Assembly: GCA_000934665.2 (NCBI GenBank) | Contig: KZ538740.1 | Span: 1 to 50,064 of the forward strand | From: Catajapyx aquilonaris | Taxonomy: Eukaryota | DNA length: 50,064 nt | Direction: 5' to 3' | Shown: in pieces, positions 1 to 12,600 of the stretch | How positions within the stretch are numbered: position 1 is the first letter of the stretch | How the letters are laid out: each line of letters starts with the position of its first letter | Program-made: the position numbers and the translations under genes | The notes under the pieces: model-generated | Database searches by the model: none | What the model saw: the letters and a program-made list of their open reading frames with translations, nothing else | Told to the model about the DNA's origin: nothing

Positions 1-289
1 CCCCCTTCTTACAACCCACCTTAGCCATACCACAAATATCAACAGCACTACTCACTAAGGAGGACTTGAAACAATCCCAACCCTCTTCTAAGGACTTGAC
101 TCGATTGTGACAATTGAATCCTGGAATCTAAGAGTAGGCAAATGTCCATAACGAAGATTTTTTTTTTTACAACAAAACAAAACGAGGAATATTGTAAGTG
201 TGATAGTGCCAGTTATTTTTAAGTTTTGAACACCTTTCGTCACTGGATATAAAGGTAGGCTTCCTTGTAGAGTTCTGTGCTTTGAAAAA

Positions 290-356
290 TCCAAACTTCT
301 CTGACTCGAAGATTATTTCAGGTCCCATGGAGATTCGACTTACAGAAGTTTTACTG
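290..356. mobile_element. Terminus of a Tigger/pogo-like non-autonomous element
   Basis: Ends ttcgacttacagaagttttactg|TA. Its reverse complement matches TA|cagtaaaacttctattagtcgaa at 35389. Confidence 0.5.
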
Positions 357-976
357 TAATTGGTGCTGATGAATGAATCAGAGGAATTAGGGTGGGAGAA
401 GTCAGTCCATCAACAAACAAGTTGAATGTTCATGATGCTGGAATTTGCAGATCACACTTATAGCTCTGAGGATGACTGCTCTGGGGCAGAACTGTGTGTT
501 CTGCTCCATTCCATCAAACTCTCCTCAGGTCTTGACATGTCTTGGGCAGCTAGCACAGTGACAGCTGTTTTTACTTTAGAAAATGGCCACAATGTATGCT
601 CTGCAAGGCAGCAGGTCTGACACCTGCTAGCATGCATGACTCCCTGAAAGTTAGGGCTGGTTCCCACTGGCTTTAAAAATGGACTTGTGAGCTGTAAATG
701 TTTTGGGATGGTGATCCTTATTGTAAAAGGCATGACACCAGAAAGTAAAAAGGCCCCTACCCCTTGTAACATGATGAAAGTTTCCAAGGTTGTGCCCTCA
801 GGCTTTTATGCATCATTACTCACCAGGTATATTTAACAAGAACAGGGTTTTTTGGCAAGTGAATCACCCAATATTTGTCATTTGTTAAATTTTTGGGGGC
901 ATTTTGAGGTATTTCTGTCCTTTGATCCACTTATATTTTGTAATTTGTTAACAATGCCAACCTGGATTGTCATCAG

Positions 977-1219
977 GTGGCTCCTGCCAGCCGTGATGAG
1001 TCGGACGCAGGTGAACGTACCAAAAAGCGCCAGGGACCTAAGCGAGCTGCAGCAAAGCCTGCAGGAAAACCGGCGGTTCAGTCTGAGGCGGCCCGAGCTA
1101 GGGATGCAGCACGCCGCAAGTTAATTGAAGAACGCAGGCAGTTCATCCGTGCTCGCAAGGAGAGTTGTGACGATGCTTCAGGAGAGGTTGTGGAGATCTT
1201 CGTGCCGCGTTCCAAGTAA
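977..1219 (+). CDS. Probable terminal coding exon of a DLGAP/SAPAP (vulcan-like, GKAP-homology) gene that starts upstream of the window
   Basis: Acceptor catcag| at 976, then a GC-rich open frame VAPASRDES...ARARDAARRKLIEERRQFIRARKESCDDASGEVVEIFVPRSK*. This resembles the SAPAP/vulcan C-terminus pattern (ARKRL..AKRA...IEIYIP). The GKAP domain itself is not in the window. Confidence 0.5.
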   Translation: MAPASRDESDAGERTKKRQGPKRAAAKPAGKPAVQSEAARARDAARRKLIEERRQFIRARKESCDDASGEVVEIFVPRSK

Positions 1220-1589
1220 ACCATTTATGCTTGAAGAACTGCCTGCTATGCTCAAGTCGGAACAAGAAGGAAACTAGCAGGCTGCTCTTGATTTAGCTTA
1301 GTTTGTTCGTGATGCAGAAGGAGGGGTCAAAACTTTTTTTTTTTCGTTTTGTGCCCGCCTTCTTGCATGTGACATTACTGCATCCAAAGAGAATCAGGGA
1401 TCAAATTTTGTTGCGTAAGCCCACATTGCGAAATTCAGCAGGGCACATGCACGCAACCAAGATCAACTATGGATTGCAGTAATGTTTGTTTCCCACTTGG
1501 CAGCAGTGTTGGTTACCATTGAGCATTTAGCAGTTTGCAAGATCCTCGAGTGCCTGATAGCTGGAGCTAACAAGAACTTTATACATTTG

Positions 1590-1716
1590 TGCCTGGTTGC
1601 ACCAACAAAATTACCGGTCCGATAGCTCCTAATGGACAGATAGGTAGACCTTTTAACATGTGCTATCGGTCCGTTAGGAGCTATCGGACCGGTAATTTTG
1701 TTGGTGCAACCAGGCA
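1590..1716. mobile_element. Palindromic MITE (Harbinger-like terminal sequence)
   Basis: Inverted arms of about 54 bp (tgcctggttgcaccaacaaaattaccggtccgatagctcctaa... / ...ttaggagctatcggaccggtaattttgttggtgcaaccaggca) around a spacer of about 19 nt. No clear TSD. Confidence 0.7.
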
Positions 1717-1719
1717 TTG

Positions 1720-3121
1720 AAGTTGTAAAATATTCTGTTGACAGACATGATTGGCCGTATTTCTTGCTTTAGAGTACATTCTACACATGGGTGTTAGACG
1801 CTTGTTGTTGGTTGCGCCCCCAAATTTCTTTAAGATCTGGCCTCTGATAACATTGTTATACCATGCTTGAGATAACAATATATTGCTAAGTAATGTTGAT
1901 CTGTTGTTGTCATCAAGAAAATTTTCTGTCATCTAACTTGTGTGCCAATTTAATGGACCATTCATGTTTCCGACTGTGATCCTAACGTATATTTTTCGAG
2001 TTCCAAGTGTGCCACGTTTTTGAGATCTGGCTCGACTTCAATGGGAGCAGTCAAGTTTTTAGTAACTGTACCTTTTTGATCTGGTTAACTTGGCTCTGCA
2101 CTTGTTTGCGTTTAGTGCAGACCTGGACCGACCCTTATGTGTATTTTGTTAAGTGGTATTTATATGAGATGTTTTGAGCACACAACTACTAAATTGGTCT
2201 AATCCATTAGAGGATTACATTCCAAACGGTACCGTAAAGTTGAATGGCGCGAGCGTGGAAACATGTTCAGAGTTGTCGATAGATTGATCAAGAGCAGCAA
2301 TTTCACTGCCAGAAGCCATTTTGGGTGCCTGGGTTTGCTTTGTACCCCTAGGCACATTGCAGGCAAAGCATTCCATATAATTTAGCATGTTGTGTGTGAC
2401 CTACTACACCGATGAGATTTCAGGTCCAATGCTATTATGTTGGAGGTGGTGAAGATGAGCATTGTAGATTGGAACACAAGGGATTGTACCGTTAAAACAC
2501 TGATTGCCTCGCTTATGTTTTCATGTTTCGCTTTTGTCATGCACTGATCCTTATGACAAAGGTTTTCCTTCTTTGTTAAGCAAGCAATTGTATGATTTTG
2601 AGTTAACAGTGTGTTCAGTGTTGCAAAGATGTTCTGTGATGCAGTTTCAATAACACTCAGTTGCATAGCAGTGTGTTTTATTGCACCCGTTCTTGGCACT
2701 TGCAGTTCTAATTTGGATGAAGGTGATTGCAACTGGATTGGCAAACACTTGCATCAGTTAGGTTGGCTCGACTTGGTTTTTATTACAATGACAACTGACG
2801 CTGCTTCTCTCAGAGAAATTTGTCAACCTGTGAATGGAAAGATGGCAGGCAGTTTCCCAGAGATGCAGCAAAAACTAGGTTACAACAAGAAGAAGAAATA
2901 TTGGAACAGATCCTAAAACCATGGGGAGTACATTACATCTAGTTACATCCTGTACCAATCTGTCCGCATTGACATGTTTGCAACTTTTGCATTGCCATTT
3001 GCTTCTGGTATTGGACATGTTCACATGCCGTGCTGGTCCATGACAACTGCTTAAAACACAAAAAACATGATGCTGCAAAGATGAGAAGTTCACTTGGTTG
3101 GCTTTCAACACTGTCAAACTT
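1720..3121 (-). pseudogene. Decayed coding relic with two RanBP2-type zinc-finger remnants
   Basis: Minus strand reads WQCKSCKHVNADRLVQ..TRCNV (about 2997-2930; W-x-C-x2-C-x3-N) and WT*N...NMLNYMECFACNVPR (about 2428-2347; N-x6-C-x2-C), interrupted by stops and frameshifts. An acceptor-like tttgttttacag lies at about 3122. Confidence 0.45.
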
Positions 3122-3734
3122 CTGTAAAACAAATATTGAGCATCGATACAACAAAGGTTAGTAAACTCAGTCTGCATTGCTACAAAGTAGGCTGAAACTG
3201 CGCATTTCAAGCGCAATTGTTTCTAGCACTTGCTAAACTTTAACCAGAAATTCTCAATCAGTATTTACACATGCTGCATCTGAATGCTTAAAATTGACCC
3301 AACCAGCCATTCACAAGATTTAATGTAAAGTTAAATTAAAAGCAGTGCCTTCACACTGTACACCATCACCTGACATCTCGCATTTCTCGAGAAATTTGTA
3401 CCTCGAGACATTCATGAGGAAAAAAAATTCTGCAGCCACCTCTTGAAACGTACTGCAGCTTCTGCAACCATCACTAACAGTATATTGAAAATTGAAGCAT
3501 TCACTGCTTATGTCACACACATTCACATACACACTAAAATTGCCAAAATCATGACACTGAACATCTCGAGGGGCAAACCCCCCTTTGGAGCATGGGTGAT
3601 GACCTTGCGACATGACTTGTGAATTCCTATGCGCCTAATGTTTGTCCATGTCAAACTGACGCCGGTTTGTCCGTAGGTCAAGCTTGGCAAACATAAACTT
3701 TTCTGTCCGACAACGTTGTGCCTTTGGGATCTTG

Positions 3735-6543
3735 TCAATAGTTGTAGGGGCCGTACTGGGAGCCATAGTGGTAGGGACCTGGGTATGCGTAGCCGTAGGT
3801 GTACTGCTGCTTCTGAGGATAGACTGGAAACAATGGATGCTTTGTGAGAAAAAGAAAAAATATATAGCAGGATAAACCAGAAGTTAAGTCAGGGAAGAGA
3901 CTTTCCCACCCAGTTAACAATGCCTTGAGGACTGTGTTAAGAAGGTTATTGCTGGAGAAGCATGAAGCTGTGTGAGGCATTTGTATTAGACAAGCTCTTA
4001 CCAGGCATGAGGTACTGCACGTTCATGGCCTCTTCCTTTTCTCGTTCGCTACGCAAGCAGAGTGCAGCACCAGAAAACAATATTGCCGCCACGAGCGCCC
4101 AGCCGACCCCAATCCAAGCAATTATATAAGACCAGTCATAGGAAATGTAAGCATATGCTTTCAACACCTGAAAAGAGGAAGGAAACAGGATGTCATCTCA
4201 CCTGGCATAAGATATTGAGTGTTGGCTTGACTCTTTTCCCTAGACTTTTCTCTGGCAAGGCAGCCAGCCGCAGAAAAGAACATAATGGAGGCAAGAAGGG
4301 AGAATCCCACACTGATCCAAGCAAGAATATAAGACCAGTCAATGCGACTGGTTGCATTGCTCTGCAGTGCCTGGAATCAAGTTGCCTTGTAAAATAAATG
4401 CTTCGTTAGATTTCAAGATGTTCATTATATAGACTATTGATGCATTTGTAAGCAACTGGGATCTATCTCTGTAGATATTGGGATTACACTCCGCTCCTCT
4501 TGCTGAAATGCTAACTGGCACAACTAACTTGAACCACAGCCCGTGGCATGGTATGGTACAGGGCAGTGGCGGATCTAGACGTCGTTGTTGAGGGGGGAGG
4601 GGGGGGGATTTGTCGCCGCGCTCCCCCCCCCCNNNNNNNNNNNNNNNNNNNNNNNNNNNNNNNNNNNNNNNNNNNNNNNNNNNNNNNNNNNNNNNNNNNN
4701 NNNNNNNNNNNNNNNNNNNNNNNNNNNNNNNNNNNNNNNNNNNNNNNCCCCCCCCCCCCCCATAGATCCGCCACTGGTACAGGGTGCCCCAAAAGTTAGC
4801 TTGATCCTTATTACTTATCCTGATTCCTTATAACTGGAAATAACCCATACACTCCTGAGTCAAGTTGGGACACCTGCATAATAGTAGTGCTGACTTCATA
4901 CACAATGTGTTTCATAAGAGAGCTCACATTGGTGTGGGGTTTTTAAATATTTCAGTTGCTAATTTCCATTATTCCTTGTAACCCCCCCAATCAATATTCA
5001 AATGGATCATGCATACCGTTGAATAGCCCATTAGGGGTCATGCAAATACCCCGTGACAGTTTTTTTTTTTGGGGGGGGGGGGGGTCGGCGACCGTTCACA
5101 TGTTACCTCTGAACACGAATTGAGGGCACATGCGGGTTTTTGTTTAATTTTTTATTGTGAATCATCATCAATATTCGTAGAGATATGCAGAATGCTATAT
5201 TAACCCATTTGTTCCCAGCGTCCTACATATAGGATGGTTGGGGAAAAATTATTTCTTGAAGTTGTGTATATAAATCACAGAATAAGCAAGCTGAACCACT
5301 TCATGAAAGACTAATCCAGTGGGAGAATGCAGATGCATCACATTTCAGTGATTGCATCAGCCCCAATTTAATACAAGTTGAATTTGGGGATTTGCCAATT
5401 ATTTCGGAACTGGCGCGATTGAGAAACTATTTCCTTGAATTATAAATCCTTCTATAGCTTTCAAAAATAAATACAGTGTATGACTGTTGCAAGAAAGGTT
5501 GTGGGAAGCTACCATAAAATATTTACATTGTTGGCCTTTATGAGTGGCGAATGGCAGCAAGGGAAACAGTGGTGTCCTACAATCCACTAATACTTTTGAT
5601 AGCCATTAAAGTAACTGCTTAAATGATGTAGATCAGTGCCAACAATAGCCATAGCAATCGGAGAAGTATTTTAGATCACCCTCTATAGCCATAGTGCAAC
5701 TTGGGACCCATGCATTCCAAGATGAAAAAGAGAAAGGCATTCGAAAAATGTAGGAAACTTGATATAATGGGCTGAAATACCTGAATTATTGAGATATAAT
5801 CCGACTCCATCATTTATATCAGCACTGCACCATTCCATGTGAGAATTGCCACATTGCATTGCATTTAGGAATTTTACCAATGTGGATTTGAGCAGGCATG
5901 CACCTGCCTATTTGGTATCCCATTTTATTAGGTGTAAATGGCGTAGGTTAATTAATGGGTAGAATATTCATGGGTTTGTGAGGAATGTCTATTGAATTTT
6001 TCCGAATGGCTATAGAATGTTTGCAGGTTGGTGGGAGGAATCGGCTTCTGGAAGGTCATGCTCGGGCTCTGGGTGCTGTGCAGAACTACAAGTTTGGCAG
6101 ATATCTCTTGCACAGTAATGCATAGGTTGACACCGGTAGTCATGCTTGCAAGGGTGTCTGGCTCTCTCTCTGTCCTGCACGGCGCTTGGAGTTCAGGTAT
6201 GGATTTTTGTATGCTGGTTCTTCTCGTTGGCCTGTGGGTGTTCTGGTCGTTTGGAGGAGAATATTATGGTTACTTGGAGGAATTTAACAGTTGCTGATTC
6301 CTCTTCCGGGGGNNNNNNNNNNNNNNNNNNNNGGGGGGGGGGTGTTATATGGGTGGTTTATAGGCTGATTTTCACCATTTTTAATTTAGTTCATATTTTG
6401 GGTTAGCTTGTGGCTCCCGTCATTGCTGACTACCCCTTATAGGGAAATGTCGTGATGGTGTTGTTGTATTGCATGTAAAGTGAAGCAATGAGTGGAGAGA
6501 AAAGCATACAGATTGTCCTAGCGTCCTATATATAATAATAATA

Positions 6544-6606
<63 letters not shown>

Positions 6607-9600
6607 GTAGTAGTAGTAGGGTTAGTGCACCGCCTCACTATTTAATGGGCATCTGGTACGGTACCTTTATTGCTTTTTAAAGTACAAGCTTATGGTTGGT
6701 CCTTTTCCGTAACTCCCAGGTACCGCGAACGAGGGAAGGGTGACTGGGAGGGAATGTGCAATGTGCAGTGTAATTTCTCTAACATGGTACATAGTTTGTG
6801 AACTCGGAGAGGCGGAGTGGCGCTGCAGTAACGTATGCACCCACGGATGTTAAGGTCCCGGGTTCGATCCCAGCCCGGGGTTCCCCCCTTCATCTCATGC
6901 AGAGTTGGGTCGTCACTGGCTTCGTCTTGGGTGGAATCTCCGCTAGGCATATCCACCCGGGGGAGTTCACAAATTATGTACCATGTTAGCAACTTTGCAC
7001 TGCACATTGCACATTCCCTCCTGTCACAGGAGGGGGGGGGGGGGGTCCCTTAGCTCTGGGGACCAAAATCAGTATTTTTACCGGTGTGTTTAACTCCGGG
7101 GACAGGACCTGACTCTGGGGACATTTCTCGGTCTCCACAGCGATACACACGGTATTTGGCACTATTACTGTGGGGACGCGTCCCCACAGTTACGTATAGC
7201 ACTGTTTTACAAAAGTCCATTTATCTCAGCCTAGGTTAGTTAGGGTAGGGTAGGTTAGGTTAGGTTAGTTTACACTGGCCTCGAAAAATATGTGTTTCCC
7301 AAGTCCCCATAGGTATTGGACCACAGGTCTGAGGTGTGTGTGTGTGTAAAAAAAGTGGCCTAAAATCAGTCACATGGTATTTGCAGGACCCCTTATAAAT
7401 ATGGACCTTCAAGTGATGTCTGTAATTCACTGCCAACATTGAAGGTGGGGGTGACATTGTGTGAATGGAAGTCCCTGCAAAAATTTTATCAATACAAATA
7501 TGAACTAACTTATAAAACACATGGTATATGCTAGAAATCCCATATCTAACTGGGATTATAACTAAAGTCAGGGATATACACGGGATTTTACCAATGTGGA
7601 TTTGAGCAGGCATGCACCTGCCTATTTGGTATCCCATTTTATTAATATATTGTTTAAACATCCTTTGTTAACTTACTATCAATGTATAAGAAAACACCAG
7701 CTTACCCACACCTTGTGCCCCACAAAACACCAAGAAAACAATGTGTGTGGGTAACTCTGGAATGCTAATACTTATCATGAATACTTTTTCCCTTGCCAGC
7801 TCTGCAACTTCAGGTGCTTTGCCTGATTGAATTTAGGCATTATGGAAAAACTAGATCAAATGGATAACCAACCTACCATGTACAGTGATGGACATTAATC
7901 GAGGCATACTGCTAGCAACATTTTCCGAAGAGGCAGAAGAAGGAATCGAAGGTAAGGATACTGCAAGCCGGGCGAGCAAGATTCCTTCTTCTGCCTCTTC
8001 GGAAAATGTAGCTAGCAGTATGCCTTGATTAATGTCCAACACTGTACAACTAAATTCATCTCCAAATCATACTGCCCTTCTGGAATATTTCACATCACGC
8101 GGCATTATCTCCAGGGATACAGCACTTTTTGATATGAACCTATATCAGTTTGAAATTGCAACTAGAAAAAATCAGCTGCACACTCACCTGCATATTGCAA
8201 TCACAAATCATTTGCATCGTTCAATGAAGCTAATTTTCTTCATCGAAAATGTAATAAACTGAAACTTGGTTTAATTCGAGATTGTTTTGCAATCAATCGC
8301 TTAATAGGTCTTCAATCAACTAATTTTCAAATATAGGACAAAAAAAAAGTCCAGAAATAATTAGTGGTTGGATATGGTGGCCACACTAACGATTAATGGA
8401 CTCCATAAAACTACTTGTCATTTGAGGAATGGTAGGATATTTCCTTGGCACTAAATACTGTAGAGGTCAAAAATGTGCCATGAAAATTTCCACATCGCAG
8501 CAACATCACCTTCAGAAAGTTAACTCCATTCAGGTTTGTCTTTGTAGACCTACTCTCATGAAAAATGACATGTAGTGCATCAATAAAAAACAAAAAGGAA
8601 GAAGTATTCTGCATGAGTTGTAATCTACTGCAGGTTGTCTGATTGCACCACATTTGGTCTGATCAAGATGCATAAGTTTTGGGGCAGGAATTTATTCTTG
8701 TTTACTACTTATGATTAGTGAATTTTTATCTACCTCTTTATTTTGTTCTACCAATGTAATGGCTTGAAGTATGATTTGCATTACACATTGTGCAGCACAT
8801 ACTTTTGGACATCTTCAATTTTGCTTACTTTTTCTAAAAAGCTAGACCCTGGCAAATTATACTGAGCACCTGCAACATCCCGTTATCATCTGGAAAACTT
8901 CGTTGGCACTGTATTATTATGTTCAACAGTCAATATCATTCCACTCCTTGATATTTAACTTGAATCAGTTACTTTGTAATTGATTGCAATGATGGCAAGG
9001 TTTTCTCTGTTACTAGGAAGAACTGGAACAATCTAAATAATGAAATAATTCTCCACCATCAGTCTAAACCATATCATGCCTTCACTGTGCACACACTTTC
9101 ATTCATGTCAAATCCTTGTCAATGATTGCATAATAATGAGCAGTGAGATTATTTTGCCTGTGAAGAAGAAATATAGTTACCTCAGGCCACTGAGGGAAGT
9201 AGTCATGGCCAGTCAGCTTCTCTGTCTCATAGTACTCGACACCATGCCACAAGCCCATGCCTCCAGCGCTTAGCAGACCTAAAGGTGTTCATAGACACAT
9301 AAGTTCTTTGCTGCAAAATGTCATGCTCGTGGTTGGCATGCAGTTCACTTACATGCAAGCAGCATGAGGATAGCTGTGGCAGTGATGTTTCCAGGTGAAC
9401 GTCTCCAGCACCCAGCCACACCAGTCCAAAAGGAAACAAACACAAAGAAGAAGGCAACGATGAAGAGTGCAATCATGGAACGGCCCATATCTGAAATCAA
9501 AAGAGGATTTGTTTGAAAATAGCTGAGGCCTGGCAGGTGAAAAATACTTACGTAATCGTGCCATTTCATCATCGGAGAAGTTCTTGGTATCATTGCTTTC

Positions 9601-12600
9601 GTCAGGAATGTAGTAGTCAATGTTCGTACAGTATGTTTCCACAGGGCTGAGGTACACTTCAACTGTGAGAAATTGCCAGGTATTAGTGGGGAAGCCATTA
9701 GGTTCACTTAAAAATATTATCAACTCTTCATTGAAGGAAGTTGTTACCAGCCTTTGACATTCAGATATTTAAACCTTTTTATGTAGATGCATTTTTTGGT
9801 TATATTGCATGGATTTACTGGTGTCATTCAAACCTGCAGTTTGTCAAGTTTTAATAAGTTGCCATAATATTAGTAACAGACCCTATCATTTAAGTAATGT
9901 ATGCGCAAGACATGTCCTCATTTCATTGCCACTGCCACTGTAAGCAGCATAATTTTTTTATTGCTGGCAATCAGAAATCATTATTGACCTTGATCTGTTA
10001 ACGATGACTTCTATCCAGCTGGAATATAAAATATGGCAGTGCCATTAGGTAAACATTCAGTACATCAATGACACATTTCTTGATGGTACAATAAGTACAA
10101 CCCCGAAAGTGAGACAGAGATAGGCCTATATTGGCTAAATTTTGATCACCCAAATTCCCAATACACAATGAAACACTTTACATTCTGCCATTTCTTTTAA
10201 GAAGCACGAAGGTTCAAGATGGAGTACTGCTATTGTTCTTTCCCCATCTCCCCTTCTCCGAAAATAGAGGAGGCACATTATTCTTCACCTATACAAAAGA
10301 CTGACTGGGATTCTAATCCATCCCACAGTGCAATGCATTTTGCATGTAAATGGTGAATGTATTTTCACCACCTTTCACGCAAGAGCGCCATAGATGAATT
10401 GACTCTCCAACCGCAATGCTTCATAAGCTCTCCTCGACTGACTAGGACGAGGTCAAGTGTACGTTGATGCGTTTTCTCCCGCCAGGAATCGAACCTGGGT
10501 CCACACTCACTTGAGTGTTTGCTCTACCACTAAGCTACGGGGGCGTCGGCAGGTATCTACACTTCACCTGTCATCAAATCATAAGGAAGAGCAGAAGTGT
10601 ACTACTAACTACTCAGACTACATTGCCCATGGGAAGGAGTATTTATGATTACTTTCACTCACAGCCTGTTTATGCCCTTGAATCGTACCGTTCCCTTGTA
10701 TTATTGCCAACCTTCCAGCACATGTCAGTTGCTATCAATTAGCAGCCTTGGATTTGCCGCATTATTTTATCGCATGAATCGACTTCGTTGTGTATTATAA
10801 CACCCTCGGCCTTTTCCACCAATCTGGATGGAGCATGCCAACGTGGATTCAACAGGACCACTTTGCATGTGAGTGGACTTTTAGAAAGTAGTGAGCTCCA
10901 TCTGGATCCATTCCATCAACACGCATTTAGATCAAGGATAGCACCAAGATTTGGAACTAGCTGTCCGACAGACAGACAGAGTGCAACAGTAGAGTGTGTG
11001 TACTGTTGCGTCTCCACTAGGTTCTTGTCTCCACAAAACTTGTTCAGGAATCTTGTTATAACGGGGAATGACACGCCTCCTTTTATTTCATATACCGGAA
11101 GCCCTGATGCTTCTTTAGATACACCCGCTTACTGTATCTGCACTGATGAAAACGATGCGAGTTTCACAAACCACAAGCACAAGCAATTTTTGGGAAAGAA
11201 GAAGATTGCAAAGTGTGAAGGTAGAACCGTGGGAAGCCATGGTTTCCAAAAAGGCAAGCAGGAGAAGGATGCGGTGAATGACACCCGATGGCCTCTCTGC
11301 CTCTTTTTTTTTTTTTTTTTACGTCTTCTTCAACCCCTCTGTGCTCTTTTTTTTTGTGGCTGAGACAATGGTGGTCTCTGCCACTCCCTACGCCTTGGCC
11401 TCCTTTAGTCCTGGAAGTTTGCCGATAGAGCACCACTTGTCAACAACATCAACCCCTACATTACTGGGAAAAAGTTGTTCTCGCATGTAATAGCCGGGCC
11501 ATAAAAAAATTGCCCGCCTTTCTACAATGGTGCAAAACGATGGGCATCTTCCCAGCTATTATGTCAGATGTGAAGATAGATTTTACGAGTTGAACGTGGA
11601 ACGGAAATAATTTGAAGCCATGCGCGGCTGGAATTTTGACCTGGTGCTAGCCGCAAGGGTCACTTGTCGACAACCCTCAAACCGCCAAACCGTTGAACGT
11701 GAGTCTCCTAGTCCCGTTCATGTACCGTGACACGTGAACTCCGTACAAATGGATAAACTTGCTACAGTGCAAGGAGGAAATGTCTGGAGGGAGTACAGTT
11801 GACATTTTTAAAATACCTGCTATATTGGAGCTCTCTCCGGAAACGGCAATACCGTTTACACTATAGTGCTAACAGGACCCTACTGCCTTCAACGGGTGTT
11901 TGTACATGGTGCGACTCTTACTTCCATTTCGACCACTTTTGCACAAAACTTTCATTCGTCCTTTGATCTCCCGAAATCTGAAAACTAACACGAAAGAAGG
12001 CGAGTTTTCTCAGGTAGGCCAAATCAAGGTGAACTACTGCCATTCTCTGACATCCTAGCAGGAACTGGGCTATGGGACCATTCAACAAACAACGGAAACG
12101 TGCAACGGTAATTTTACACCTATTTTTCTTCTGGCGCACTATTAAAGCTATGTACTCCGTTCTGAACCGAGCATCAGGTGTCAGACACGACACGTCTGCG
12201 CAATCTAAGGGACAACCTTTCATAAACATCCGCAGGCAGTGCTCTCCTTCCTGCCCAAATGATCATGAACAAAATGTCACGCTGTTGGACCATCCATCCA
12301 CGTCTTTCAACTCTCCCTAGTTGGAAGAAGATGGTGCTGTGCCGGAGCAAATCAAGCGCGGAAGGAGAAAGGCTAGTTCCGACCTCGATTTCCCCCGGTA
12401 GCTGCACCTGCACGGTCTTATCCACCAGTCGAAAGCCGAAGAAAGTGCCCACAACCTCAATTATTGGCTCTTTGGCATGATCCAATGTTCCCGATTATCT
12501 TCTCCGTATCTATTTGTTTTTGGCCATATTCGGTGCTGTTGGGGTGTACCGGTACATATCTACTAGTAGTATAAGGGCTGGGTTACGTGCCATTCATATG

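Noticed and set aside
3678..3737. Stop-codon readthrough of the claudin-like gene (TGA-C context, 18 further codons)
   Set aside because: Only the +4 C supports it. The conserved YNY end suggests a true C-terminus, and conservation cannot be tested here.
4622..4761. Poly-C/G tracts with N runs as G-quadruplex elements (also near 6310, 21422, 49128)
   Set aside because: Lengths are unreliable; these are sequencing or assembly gaps in homopolymers.
7232..7268. Interstitial (TTAGG)n telomere-like repeat
   Set aside because: Short and degenerate, and embedded in what looks like a transposon fragment.
10788..11363. 191-aa ORF as a nested gene
   Set aside because: It starts at TTG, has no recognisable domain, runs through poly-T tracts and adjoins the degraded Helitron.
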